Assembly: GCA_964016885.1 (NCBI GenBank)
Contig: OZ024741.1
Location: forward strand, 34,720,001 to 34,784,000
Length of the DNA stretch: 64,000 nucleotides
DNA from: Eledone cirrhosa
Lineage: Eukaryota
Direction of reading: 5' to 3'
Below the pieces are notes generated by a model. The model did not search any database and was not told where the DNA came from. It was given only the letters and a program-made list of their open reading frames with translations. Shown piece after piece: positions 25,960 to 38,967 of the stretch. The position numbers were made by a program, and so were the translations under genes. The stretch's first letter is position 1. Each line of letters opens with the position of its first letter.

Positions 25960-26700
25960 AAAGTCCGTTGTTGAGGCATTCTTTGATCTTCGCCATCTGG
26001 TCTTCTGGCGGCTTCAGTTTCTTGTGTGACCTCGTGGGATCCATAAGATGACGCGGCTGGTCCATCATCTATTGTCGGTCATTCTGACAATGTATCCAGC
26101 CCACTTCCATTTTGTATTGCTAATGATTTCTAGGATGTCGCGAACTTTTGTTTTTTCTCCGATCCATTCGGCGGTTTTTCGATCTGGCTATATGATGTTT
26201 AACATGATCCTTTCGTGGGTTCTCTTGCAGTGTTCGTACCCAAAGAACATCTCCAATTACCACCCCATAAGTCTTCTAAATAACATCTATAAATTGTTCA
26301 CAAACATCATCACGAACAGAGTCACAAGAGCATTCGATGAAAATCGGCCCAGAGAACAAACCAGCTTTGAGAAGGACTTCTCCATCCAAGATCATCTCCA
26401 CGCAGTACACAAGATCATCGGTCTGAGCATGAACCTCGAAAAGACCAAAATCATGTGCAATAAATACGTTGAGGATGCCGACCTGGCCATCATGATCAAT
26501 AGCAACGTGATCGAGGAGGTCGACCACTATATCTACCTCTGTCAACAAATTTCAATGGACTCGGCGTCCAAAGAACAAGAAATCAAGCACAGCATCACAC
26601 TGGGGTGGTGGGCCTTTGGAAGAGCCTTTATTAAAAAACAAAGACGTGCCAATCGTCTTGAAACTTCAAGTTTATGACCAGTGTATTCTACCGACTGTCC
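25960..26700 (-). mobile_element. RTE LINE fragment with an inverted 5' segment
   Basis: 26020-26230 matches 29398-29610 in the same orientation, while 26430-26700 matches 29670-29940 in reverse. RT motifs NYHPISLL, MNLEKTK and YIYL. Confidence 0.75.
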
Positions 26701-27684
26701 CTCACAAAGATATGATTTTCCACATGTAAAGTGGTGGGTTAGAACAAACGGTAAAACAGCGGATGACATTGCTTTCTGGTAATGTCCCTTTACGTTTTGA
26801 GTTTAATCCTGTCCAGGCTGACTTTGTCTTCCGTCTTTCAATGAGCCCTAAAACAAGGGTTAATTCTTACTTTATAAGCAGGATTAAATAAAGTAAAGCG
26901 AAATTAATACGTTGGCCTTAAGGAAAATAAATCGAAACTAATATATTTATATACCATGAGATAAATGTTAGAAAATAAAATGTTGCTTTGGTTTATGGAA
27001 GTATGATTCACGAACCCCGAGGATTGAAATAGTTATTTCAACACGTCTATCTCGTTAACCTCCGACGATTATTGAATTTATTTCTCCATCTCTATGGTAC
27101 CAAGGGTCGGTACACTTGAGATAGGCAGTGGGGTGAGCTCCTGTGGGCCTACAAAATGGCTCAAGTAGGTTGTGTTTATCACCTCTGCCGGCCAAACTCC
27201 CTTCCAAGCATCTCCGTCGCAACACTGGTTCCACCAAATCGGATTGGATGTGAAAGTGAGAGCTCGGCACTATAACCGGTGTAATGCTTGGATTGTACTA
27301 TCCTAAAGTATATATACTTGTGGCTGAGCACCGCTTGTGAAACCAATCACTGGAAGAAACTTCATTGCAATTAACTTACACTGTGAATTCTTTCGATGGA
27401 ATTGGCTTAACCTACCCCGGGTGGACGCAGTCACATCTAATACCTGTATGGTTGCATATATGACGGGAATAAAGTGTTACTAGATATCACATTATTATCA
27501 AGGTTTCTTCTTTGCCAACATCCACATCACTTCAATAGTCTGTCTATAAACACTGTAGGTGTTTAGATTAAAACAAACTTGAGCGGGTGGGTCACAACTT
27601 CATGCGTATATATTCTATTTCCTATTCCTACATATAAAGCCCAACCATCGTTAATGAAATAAAGCCAGCTAATGAAATGACACA

Positions 27685-28030
27685 ACAATATGGTGGATGG
27701 GTGCTACACGAGAATGCTGAGGATGGCTCTGAACATTAATCAGTATACACTGAGGATGAAGAACTCAGAGCTGTATTGGAGCCTCCCAAAAGTCAGCTCA
27801 AAAGTGACACAGAGGAGACTGAGGTTAGCTGGACATGCTCACCGACATCCAGAGTTAACACTGCACTCAGTGCTCCTGTGGGATCCCCTACATGGACACA
27901 CTGGAAGAGGAAGACCAAGGTTAACGTATGTTGATGCCCTAAGGACAGACACTGGTCGGTTGGAGAAGCGATGATGAGGGAGAGAGACCGCTGGAGAGAA
28001 CTCGTCCATGGATCTCGGGAATTTTACCCG
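27685..28030 (+). mobile_element. Non-LTR retrotransposon (RTE-like) 3' fragment
   Basis: DGCYTRMLRMALNI..RRLRLAGHAHRH..LLWDP..GRGRPRLTYVD, ending at (TA)n. Confidence 0.75.
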
Positions 28031-28034
28031 CCCT

Positions 28035-28521
28035 ATATATATATAACGAAGGAGTTGTGGTAAGGAACCAGATGGACCATAACGCACCAGAGTATTCAAT
28101 ACTTAGGGTAGTAGAGTGGGTAATAGGAAAAAATATGACCCCGACGGCAGAGCTCAAGCCGTTTCGACGGCTATTTCTGGACTAAATTAGAATTGTTAGC
28201 GTGGTAAATAAATAGCCGAACTTTTCATGGGGTAACTCCTTGTATGGGAAGATTGTAGTTGTCAAGAGGATTGGTCAAAATTTCTAGTAAACACAATTAA
28301 GTCTATCATGGCAGAGGGTGGGACGTGAGGGTGGCTGAACTTGCCTGTAGAACAATGAGGGAGTGGGTGGAGCCGGTCAAGCGTTGAAAGTGAAATCTAT
28401 ACAGCAAATTCTAAGGATTGTGTATGATACTAGACCAGAGGAAGTAGGCGAGAAAAGGATTCTGAAGAGAATAGAGAAGGGACGTTATAGAATAGGTAAA
28501 TCAATTGAGATTAGAAAATAA

Positions 28522-28556
<35 letters not shown>

Positions 28557-28600
28557 GAGAAAAATATAAAAATATAAAATTGGATAGTAAGAAGTGATAA
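28035..28600 (-). mobile_element. PLE-like pseudo-LTR with a degenerate hammerhead (28136-28235)
   Basis: Minus strand: acccc-ATGAAAA (mutated core)-stem II-GAAA-cggc..gccg-TC-ggggt. The 3' tail is homologous to 44731-44800. Confidence 0.55.
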
Positions 28601-28678
28601 AAAAAACTGTAGAGTCTAAAACAGCTGGTATATTTGATTGGTATTGCGTTTTCGAAAACGCAACATCATATTATATTG

Positions 28679-28814
<136 letters not shown>

Positions 28815-28829
28815 GGTATACCCGAGAAG

Positions 28830-29150
28830 ATGGATAATGAGGCATTTAAAGGGTAAATCTGAGATGTTCTCCGCCTCCAGCCTTGTTGCTTCCACCACAA
28901 ACTCGGACACTGTCGTACGTAACACAGAGGAGCGGAAGATACCCAAATACCGACACTTGACCGACCGTTTCCTTTTCGTACCTGTCACTGTCGAGACAGC
29001 TACTATCATCGACTCCCGAACTGCCGTTTTCCACCGCAAATTTGGATGAGTGCTTCCTACCTGAGTTGGAGTGGTTGATGCAGCGGGTGTCGCTGGCTGT
29101 TCTCCACGGCAATGCTTTTACTACTTTATCTGCGGGGCGTTGCTGAAGAT
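28830..29150 (+). mobile_element. CRE/R2-group non-LTR retrotransposon fragment (restriction-like endonuclease C-terminus)
   Basis: EERKIPKYRHL..FLFVPVTVET and WLMQRVSLAVLHGNA resemble the RLE C-terminal consensus. Confidence 0.65.
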
Positions 29151-29269
29151 ATACCATCGTGGCTGGGGTGTAAAGTCTGTCGTTCCCTTACTTCTTTCCT
29201 TTACTTTCGCTATTTAATTTTTTCCTTTCAATTGTTGTTGCTCTCCGCCCCCAAACACTTGACTCTAGC

Positions 29270-29940
29270 CCTGGAAAGTCCATTGATAGACATAGGCCTA
29301 CCCCAAGCTGTGCCATCTTTACCGATCCTGAACCATTTGTAGCCCAAAACTTTCAATTTTCTTGAGATCGTCCGACCCATGATCTTCTATTAACCTCAGT
29401 TTCTTGTGTGACCTCGTGGGGTCCAGAAGGTGACGTGGTTGGTCCATCTGTTGTGGGTCATTCTGGCAATGCGTTTCACCCACTCCCATTTTGCTTTGCT
29501 AATGATTTCTAGGATGTCGCAAACTTTTTTTTTTTCTCGGATCCATTCGGCAGTTTTTCGATCTCGCGATGTGATGTTTAACATGACCCTTTCATGGCCT
29601 CTTTGCATTGTTCGTAGCTTTAGAGTTTGCCTTTTTGTTAGGTTCCAGATTTCTGATCCGTAGGTGACAGTCGGTAGAATACACGGGTCATAAACTTAAC
29701 GCTTCAAGATGATTACCATGTCTTTGTTCTTGAAGATACCTGTCGCTCTTCCAAAACCCTGCTATCCCAGTGTGATGCGGTGCTTGAATTGTTCTTCGGA
29801 CGCCGAGTCCATTGAAATGCGTTAACCGAGGTAGATGTAGTGGTAGACCTTCTCGATCATGTCGCTATTGATCGTAATGGCCAGGTCAGCATTCTCAACA
29901 TATTTATTGCACGTGATTTTGGTCTTTTGGGGGGTTCATT
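29270..29940 (-). mobile_element. RTE LINE 3' fragment (same family as 25960-26700)
   Basis: ILPTVTYGSEIWNL..QRGHERVMLNIT..AKWEW..W.PRGH. Confidence 0.8.
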
Positions 29941-30203
29941 GAAATTTGTTGAAAAAATCAAAGTCAAATCTCCTAACAATTGAATTTTATTGTTTTCTTT
30001 TTATTCAACAAAGATCTTTGAATTTTACTTCCACTAAATATACTTCAGATGTCACGATAAAATAAATTTAAAAAACGCAACGAATCATTAAATGTAATTT
30101 ATACGAAACCATGGCTGTTACTGTGGTCAACTTTCCTAGCTTTTGTAACGAGAGCAAATTAATACGAAACAGCGCAATAAAATTGGTTGTGTATTAAAAT
30201 AAC

Positions 30204-30206
30204 ATG
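30204..30206 (+). CDS. YJU2B: YJU2B/CCDC130 probable coding exon 1 (start codon only)
   Basis: AAC-ATG|GTAGGT: a plausible initiation context followed by a strong donor. The next exon starts in phase 0 with AERK, matching the family start MxERK. The position is inferred. Confidence 0.55.
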
Positions 30207-30560
30207 GTAGGTTGCGACATTTATAAATATTCACATCAACATTATTCTTTCTGACACTAGACTAGATGAACATCATACGCATATATATATATATATAAAA
30301 ATATATATAAAATGTAGCTGTCGTTGATATTGCACGATTATTAATTTAACACGCACAAACATAATAATAAATAGATTCCGAAATTTAGCAGCAATAATTA
30401 ACATCTCCAATTATATATTAATAATTATTGCATTGTTTTTGAACCCAAGGTCAACCCCCTCATCTATCCATTTTATGGTCGAATCCATTGCAGTCGCCTT
30501 ACCCCCCCCCCCCCCCCATATATATTCATCGGGTCTTATGTTATCTAAAGTTTCCGTTGT

Positions 30561-30760
30561 GTAAGAGTACGGTTTGATGTGTGGGATATAGGCTGCTATT
30601 TCTTACAGGTCAAGCAATCAACATAGATGATCCCTTACTTTAGATCATAGAGATGTTTTCTTGCATAGGTCTCTTTTGTATTGTCGATTATATATATACG
30701 TTGATTGCTTATCTTGCGAGAAATATCAGCCACATATCCCACAAAACACCGTACCCTTAC
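30561..30760. repeat. Imperfect foldback (MITE-like)
   Basis: ~30561-30625 is an imperfect reverse complement of ~30698-30760. Confidence 0.55.
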
Positions 30761-30992
30761 AAAAAGGGAAGATATTATATTTATTTATATGATAGGCTGA
30801 ATGAGTTGGGGTGAATAACCCAACGAAATTTAAGTACTTGTACATGTCACTAATCTATCTCTCTATATATTATGTTAAGGGTACGTGTCTGTGGAATACT
30901 CAACCACTTACACGTTAATTCATGAGTTGCACGTTCAGTTGATTGAATAACTGAATGATGGTCGACGAAACTGACGGAGAATCCATTAACTA

Positions 30993-31335
30993 CTCTCGGG
31001 TCCCAAATAATAGTGGGAGGGGGGACCGGTAATTTTACTAGGTTGCCTCTGTTGATTTTTTGAAAACCAGAATTAGTCGTTTAGTTTACATATTGAAACC
31101 CCAACCTATTCTATTTATTTTATAATGTATGGGATTTCTAGTAATGTTGAAAATTAATTGTCGTAGGAATGCCACCACTTCAAATAAAATTTCGCCAGAG
31201 ATAGATTAACAAAATTTAATAAGCAGGAAGTGGAGGTAGAATAAGAGCGGGTGGGCTTGGAAAAAATTTGAAAAATTAAAAAGTGGGGCATGAGATCGGG
31301 GGGGGGGGGGGGACACACTATTCAAGGCCCGAGAG
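30993..31335. mobile_element. MITE with TA TSD
   Basis: TA|CTCTCGGG..AATAGTG ... CACTATT..CCCGAGAG|TA. Confidence 0.6.
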
Positions 31336-33309
31336 TATGTATCTAAATGTAAGAATTATTGTAAGAACATTAAATTATTTCTGTTTTTGTCCTTGTTAGG
31401 GTCATCCTATGCCACAAATATTTTTCTTGGTTCCAAAGGCTTGATTTTATAATGTTTTTACTCCTGCCCTCAAGTATCATATACATACATCAATAATGCA
31501 CCACTCTCATTGTAAACTTATATTATGTTATATTATACATACATACTTTTGTATTCTAGACATTTCATGTATGGTATGCATGCATACATACATACACAGA
31601 ATATCTACAGTGCAAAGACTGGGAAGACCACAGATCAGAATAGTACCCGATGTATGATGAGATGTTGATCTTCACTATACACATACACACACACATGCTT
31701 ATGGAAGCTTCAATTATTTATCATCAGGCCCATGGTTCATATCTCTTATGACCTAGTTTATTAAATTGTTTAAAGATACCCTAAGGAAGTTGTTGTATAG
31801 TTCCAAGTCAGCACTGATCCAGCACACCTATTAAGGATTTTCCAGTCATGACGACTGCATCTTTGAATAACCCAGTCCATGTTATTCTATGTATCTTTCT
31901 ATTTTGAAGTCAGTAGATTAGGATTCTGTACAGATTGAATGACTACATAAAGGTTGCCTCATTGAAGATGTAATTCACTTGTGTGAGCAGTTGGGTCATT
32001 TTATAGTGGAATATATAGATTGTATTTTAGACATATATCAAATATAGAATAATATTTATCAGGTGTTCTGGTGATCTCTGTGATAAATGAACCCAGTACA
32101 CTCTGTAAGGTGGTTGGTGATAGGAAGGGCATCCTGCTGGAGAAGGTTCGCCAAGCAAAAAGTCAGAAGGACTCTTCTGTTGTGTCAAAGACAGGACAAC
32201 CTCCTAGTGTTGGTGATCTACACTATAATTACACCTAGTACACTATAAAATGGTTGATGATAGGAAGGGTATCCAGTCATAGACAACTTGCCAAATAAAG
32301 GGTCAGGAAGACTCTTCAGTTATATCAAAGACATAACAACCACCCTACTGTTTGTGTCACGATAAAATACACTCAGTAGAGCACAAGCATTTGAAAGCAA
32401 GGTATAGGACCCTGGCCCATCTGTGTACTGATTCAGTCTGTGAAGACTGATCCAACCCTTGTTAGCATGGAAGATGGACATTAAATGATGATGAGAATAT
32501 TAGGTGATACTTTAGTGTGCACTCTACCACAGTAACTGTGTGGAATGCAGCTTATGGATAAGAAATTTGCTTTTAAGAAGTCTGGGTTCAATCTTATAGT
32601 GTTTTGTGATAGTAACTGGGTAGACAGAAACTGTTTGGAAGCCCATCAGATGGACTGTACCTGTAATTCAAAAGGCCAACCTAGTCGCATTGTATTATGC
32701 TGACTCATCATCATCATCTTAATGTTTGCTTTCCCTGCTAGCAAGGGTTGGATCTCCCAGGGAATTAAGGGTACATATGCCTGGAATGCTCACCCACTTG
32801 CTTGTTAATTTCATGAGCCGGCTGTTCTGTTGATCACATAACCTGAACACACATCATTGGAACTGATGGAGGTCCATTCCACAGTATCTGTAATATGTGC
32901 TGTTATCAAGAGCTCAACTGATTTTCTGATGTTTCTTGGTATGAATTTATTACCTGTGCTTTTTTTTTTACCCTTTTAAAATAGACAGTTTTGTAGTGTA
33001 GAACCATAGATGGTTTGATATCTTAGATTTTCTAATCCTCACACTACTACCTAGAAAACTACATAAATATATATTTAAAGAACTCAGATTCTACCACATG
33101 ATACAACCAGATGAAGTAACCAAGCTGAAACTTCAAAGTCACTGCTATTTTTCTACTTAAATAATAAAATTTACACTCTCCCCACAAATATTGAGTTCTC
33201 AATCAGTTAATATTTGAATGTTTTAATATCAAAAGTGTTAATGATCTGAAAAAAAAATTGTCTAATTTTTTTCATACATATATTTAAAGAGATCTTTCTA
33301 TATTTACAG

Positions 33310-33443
33310 GCTGAGAGAAAAGCAGTCAACCGTTATTATCCTCCTGATTGGAACCCCAGTAAGGGATCAATCAATAAGTATGTTGGTTCCCACCCTTTGC
33401 GAGAGCGAGCCCGTAAACTTAGTCAAGGTATTCTTGTTATCAG
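33310..33443 (+). CDS. YJU2B: YJU2B/CCDC130 coding exon 2
   Basis: AG/GT boundaries. AERKAVNRYYPPDWNPSKGSINKYVGSHPLRERARKLSQGILVIR matches the CCDC130 N-terminus. Confidence 0.95.
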
Positions 33444-33842
33444 GTAAAGATACTTTTATATCATTTGATATATCAGTAAAAATGCAAAGCCTTATCAGAC
33501 TAGAGTACTGTTCTCATAGAACAACAGAGCATCTTTCACAAACACACACATTATGTCACACCCTAAAAAGAAGCAGTTCTCTTCAATAATTAATATTGTG
33601 CAATATTTTGGTTATGTTGAATTGTGTATTCTCTCTCTCCCTCTCCCTCTCTCTCTCTCTCTTTTCTACAAGTGTCTTTCCTTTCCTTTCCGTGTTTGTT
33701 AGAATCATGTTTGTTTATTGTTAAATGTCCTCCATGAGGGTAATTTAAGGACTGGTGCTTAACTCCAGATTCATGGTAAGAAGTGTGTAGCCTACCAGAC
33801 CATTGCAGATGACATTTCCAGATGGTTTGGTACTTTTCTTTT

Positions 33843-34600
33843 CATCATCATCATCACGTCCGTTTTTCCACGCTTGCATGGGTTGGATGGGTCCTTCTCA
33901 GCACAACATCTCTCCACTCATCATCTTCTCTGGGAGTCTCAGCAATTTGAGGTCAGCTCTCACAACCTCTACTGAAATCTTTCTTGGTCTACCTTGGTTT
34001 CCATAGACTGGACTTATTTTCTATTTTTGTAATGGCTTTAAGGACCAGATCATCTGCATAGAGAGGTTTCCACGGGCAGCCAGTCTTAAACTCTTCTGTT
34101 ATAGCCTGGAGAACTATAATGAATTCTAGTAGACTAAGAACTAAACCCTAATGAATTCCTACCTGTACCTTGAATTCCTCACTAAACTCACTTCCTACTC
34201 TCACTTTGCTGACAGCTCCTCTGTACATGGCTTGCACTGCTAATTTGACACTTTATTAGCTATGCTATAACTCTTTCTGTCACTTTCATAACTTGGTCTA
34301 TTAGTTTTACTCCTCTATAGTTGCTCCTTTCTAGAGCATCACCTTTGCCCTTGTAATAATTTATGATTGTACTGCTGCACCAGTCATTGGGTATGACACC
34401 GTCTTGTATTACCTGATTGACTATGTGGGTTATTAGTGTAACTCCTATTTCTCCCAATGCTTTTAGCATCTCAGCAACTATCTCTGATGGTCCTGCCGCT
34501 TTACCATTTTTCTTCACTTTGACTGCTTCTTTAACTCTATAACTGTCAACTTTAATGGCTGGTCCTTCTGTTGGGTAGGTTTTCTTCCTCACAACTAAAT
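33843..34600 (-). mobile_element. Older, internally deleted RTE LINE fragment related to 38968-41563
   Basis: GKAAGPSEIVAEMLKA..YKGKGDALERSNYRGVKLIDQVMKV, with an (ATG)n-type 3' tail. Confidence 0.8.
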
Positions 34601-35413
34601 GTACTGAGGCCATGTAGAACAAACTCTTCTGCTCAAGAACTCAATAAAATGCCTGCTTTGGATTTGAACTCAGTACTTGTGATCAGGAATCCTAACAACT
34701 TATTTACTGGGTTATCTTGTCTCTATATTGATTGCTACATTACCAATTCTTAAGCACACATATATCATTGTGTAGGATAGAATTTCTTTTTCTCCTCCAT
34801 CATCGGTTTCCTTTATTTTTTGGTTAGTACCAACCATGTTTTATTGTTTGTTCTTTATTATTTATTAACTATCTCTCACATAATGTGGCCATACTGAGGC
34901 TCCAACTTTAAGGGATTTTAGTCAATTATATTGCCTGGTACTCATTTTATTGAACCATATTTAGCAACTGGCTAAATTTATTACAGTTACGTCCCTTTAA
35001 GGAACTTTGGCAAGGGATTTACACTTCTATGAACAAATAAACACACACACGCAGACTCACATACACATACACAAGCACACTACATACACACACATATATA
35101 TAATGTATGTGAAGACCTTCCATACCATTCTATAATCATCTACTTTATTACATCTGTTTTTCTATGCTTCCATGGATTGAAAAGGTTCTTCTGATTCCAC
35201 AGTTTCTCCCACTGAGATCTCCTAGCACTTCTTTACCTAAATGTCATAATTCATTTACCAAATTCTACACTAAACATTGGTCAACTTGAGGCTATAGTTA
35301 TAGACAGCAAGGTGCAATACAGAGAGATAGAATTGAAAATCACATTGTTACAAAGTAAACTTCTTAACCATACAGCCAGGCTTGAATCTTATTTTATTTC
35401 CTAACTTTTCCAG

Positions 35414-35588
35414 GTTTGAGTTGCCATATAATATTTGGTGTGGAGGTTGTAACAGTCATATTGGAATGGGTGTACGTTACAATGCTGAGAAAAAGAAGTC
35501 TGGCAACTACTACAGCACTCCTATATATACATTTCGTATGAAGTGTCACCTGTGTGACAACTATTTTGAGATCCAAACTGATCCCAAG
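35414..35588 (+). CDS. YJU2B: YJU2B/CCDC130 coding exon 3 (zinc-binding CxxC...CxxC)
   Basis: FELPYNIWCGGCNSHIGMGVRYNAEKKK...MKCHLCDNYFEIQTDPK. Splice phases agree with the neighbouring exons. Confidence 0.96.
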
Positions 35589-35634
35589 GTAAAAATGTAT
35601 ATTGTTTTATTTAACTCTTGGTTGGATTCCCCCT

Positions 35635-35718
<84 letters not shown>

Positions 35719-35830
35719 ATTTATATATATATAAATTTTGAGTATGTGTTGTTTGTTTACCGACACCTCAGTATGCAGGTTGGAACACTCGATGAAGTAC
35801 GCAGGTTGGTTTGTTTACTCTAGAGTAATG

Positions 35831-36222
35831 TAAAATAAGTAAGTCAAACATGTTAAATTTGGCTTCATTTATTATAAATTCTCTGCTATATATATTTCAG
35901 TGACAGCTATTATTGGCTGTGACCTCATCAAGCAGTACAAATTAATGTAGAAAAAACAGGTAAACATGTTGAAATGTGTTCCACTCTGTCAATTCATCGA
36001 TAGGTCCAGCTCCTCGGAGGACTAACAACACGCCCAGGAGCTGGACATATCGATGAATTGACAGAGTGGAACACATTTCAACAACATGTTTACCTGTTTT
36101 TTCTACATTAATTCGTACTCTCTGATGAGGTCACAGCCAATAATAGCTGTCACTGAAATATATATAGCAGAGAATTTATAATAAACGAAGCCAAATTTAA
36201 CATGTTTGACTTACTTATTTTA
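35831..36222. repeat. Foldback of a hammerhead-containing pseudo-LTR (~185-bp arms, 21-nt loop)
   Basis: 35831-36014 is a near-identical reverse complement of 36036-36222. Hammerhead copies at 35883-35935 (-) and 36117-36170 (+). Confidence 0.9.
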
Positions 36223-37786
36223 TATATATCTATATATATAATGTATAATAAACAATACTATATAATTACCTCATCACCAGAGGTTTCCCGAATAAGACGA
36301 ATACAAGAAAAGTCATCATTCGTTCGTCAGACAAGGCAATTTAAAACATAGTGAAATATTTGAAAAATCTCTTCAAGAAAGGCAAAAGTTTAACGGGCAA
36401 GAAAAAAATAAAATATATATATATATATATAAAGGCTCTTGCCATCCTCCTATAGTTTTTAAAAATCTTATCCCTAATATTAGCCGTAGGATCTCCACCC
36501 TCTTCCTCAGAAGCTATTTTCAATAAGGCATCCCCCTACTATAATAAAACCCTTCAAAATAACGGATTTAGCAAACCGATTAAGTACATACCCAACAATA
36601 CTAACTCCTTTAAACATAATAATAGGAAAAGAAAAATAATTTGGTTCACACGCCCCTACTCTTTAGCAGTTAAAACTAATGTAGGCAAAAAATTCCTAGA
36701 GCTCTTAGATAAATATTTCCCTAGAACACATAGATACTATAAGATCTTCAATAGAAACTGTGTCAAAATCAGCTACTCCTGCGGTCCCCCTATTAAATCT
36801 TATATCCTCAATAAGAAAATACCCAGAGAACATCAAAATTGCTCCTGTAGAGTCAAAAGTGAATGCCCATTACAAGGTAAATGCAACACCAAAGCATTGT
36901 ATATGCGGCTAAAGTGACAACCACCAGCAACGACCTACCAGCCACCAGCGAACGATATGTGGGTATGACACAAAACAAATTCAAAACGCGTTATTACTCA
37001 CATGTCACATCTTTCCGACATCCTGAAAAAAGATTTACAACAGCTCTGGCTAGCAGAATATGGGATTTGAAAGACCAAGGTATCCAATATAAATTAGATT
37101 GGTCAATTTTGAACCTATCTAAAGAATATGCAAGAGGAACAAGAAAATGCGCACTCTGCATAAGTGAAAAATATTGGATTTTACAGAACGTTAAATCACA
37201 AAAACTTGCCTAAATGCAAAAACAGAAATTTTCGCTAGTTGCCCACACATGAAATCACACTTGCTTTCCAGCTCATATAAACTTAACTCACTTTCAGATA
37301 CTTATCCTCCATAAACTCTTGTTCTTCACTTTCCTTAACTTACCTTCTTTACAGACTTCTCTTTCCGATTTACTTTTATTTTTATTTTTAACTTTATTTT
37401 TACTTCACATCCACCAGTGAACCCCCCCCCCCCCCCCCCCCTACTTTTTGATTCACTTACTTTATATCTTCACAATTTTAATTATTTTCCTACCCCTTTT
37501 TCTTTCACTACCTGATATCACATGTCACTTGCGTTTTCAACTCAGATATATTCTGTTGTCCCTCAGCCGCTTTTATGTATGTTTACTTGCGTATAATTTG
37601 TACTCATTTATTCATACGGCTGGTTTTTATATTGTATGTATGCATGTAGGTGTGCATGTGTGTGTATACCTGTTTGTATATGTATACGAATGCATTCGTA
37701 TGTGTGCGTGTATGTGTATATGTGTGGTGTGTATGTGTGTTTTTGTATCTATGTTTTTTACATACTTATATATGTGTGTGTGTATA

Positions 37787-37817
<31 letters not shown>

Positions 37818-37819
<2 letters not shown>

Positions 37820-38422
37820 CATCATCATCATCATCATCATCAACGTTTAACGTCCGTGTCCCACGCTTGCATGGGTTTGGACGGGGGTAGTCCCACTTGA
37901 GGCAAGAGTGATTGTCTTGCTCGCATAGGACTGTCTGGCAGGTTTTCTACAGTTGGATGCCCTTCCTAACACCAACCACATTTACAGTGTGGGTCTGGGA
38001 GGTTTTTACCGTGTTGCCTACACGGCCACATTACAGCGTGGACTGTGTGTTTTTTTGTCGTGACACCTACACGATCTCATTTGTTTCGGCCTGGATGGCG
38101 CGGCACCAACATAACTTTACATAGAACGGGGTGGGGGTGGGGGGGTGGGACGGGGTGTATTTTGTTAGAGATGCCTACTGGCTGGAGTAGGTTTTACTAT
38201 ATATTTAGGTAAGGCGGGTCTTCTCTGTTACTGAGTACCGCCAAAGGTCTCGGTCCAGTGACATTGTCTTGGAGAGGTGTAAGTGTGTGATGTCGGAGTT
38301 TATCAGCTCGTCCCAGGTCTTTCTAGGTCTGCCTATTCCGTGACTACCGTCTATCTTTATTGCCCTGCACTTTGTTATACAGCTATCGACTTTCATGCGC
38401 ATCACGTGTCCATACCAACGTA
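37818..38422 (-). mobile_element. Short 3' fragment of the young RTE LINE
   Basis: Near-identical to 38968-39583, with the (ATG)n tail. Confidence 0.9.
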
Positions 38423-38446
38423 ATATATATATATATATATATATAT

Positions 38447-38790
38447 GGAGGCACATGGCTTAGTGGTTAGAACATTGGGCTTGCAATCGAAAGGTTGTGA
38501 GTTCAATTCTCAGACCGGGTGATGTGTTGTTTCCTTGAGCAAGACACTTTATTTCACATTGCTCCAGTTTACTCAGCTGTAGAAATGAGATGATAGGGAC
38601 TGGGGTCCCTATCATTCCACTGCAAAGTGGTCGTGGAGGTGCCACGGCAAAAAAGCACCCAGCACTCACTGTAAATGAGGTTGGTGTTAGGAAGGGCATC
38701 CAGCTGTAGAAATCAAGCCAGAATCAGTTCCCGTCCCACCCTTGCAAGCAGGGAAAAAGCGGACGTAAATTGAAATGATGAAATGATGAT
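38447..38790 (+). mobile_element. tRNA-derived SINE family B with an RTE-like 3' tail
   Basis: A/B boxes. The tail GGAAGGGCATCCAGCTGTAGAAA..GGACGT..(ATG)n is shared with the 3' UTR of the RTE at 38968-39120. Confidence 0.8.
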
Positions 38791-38864
38791 GATATATATA
38801 TGTTCCAAGGCTCTGATACCATCAACACTATAAACACAGAGCTGGCATATCTAAGAACTGACTA

Positions 38865-38920
38865 ACTGCCTGATGAGGTCATAGCCATTCAATGGCTATC
38901 ATCGAAATATATATAGCAGT
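38865..38920 (+). ncRNA. Minimal type I hammerhead ribozyme in YJU2B intron 3 (sense)
   Basis: actgc-CTGATGA-ggtcatagcca(ttcaa)tggctatcatc-GAAA-t(atat)a-TA-gcagt. Predicted cleavage after 38915. Confidence 0.85.
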
Positions 38921-38967
38921 AAATAAAGGATTATGAGTTCATGCAATTGACTTATGTTTCGTCACTA

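Noticed and set aside
26980-27491. Solo LTR ending AATAAA..TCACA
   Set aside because: No matching 5' terminus, TSD or second copy in the window.
36838-37260. Selenocysteine-encoding Naiad-type PLE
   Set aside because: The conserved Cys positions here and at 10550-10935 are TGT/TGC. The stops seen are TAA/TAG or follow frameshifts, not TGA at Cys sites.
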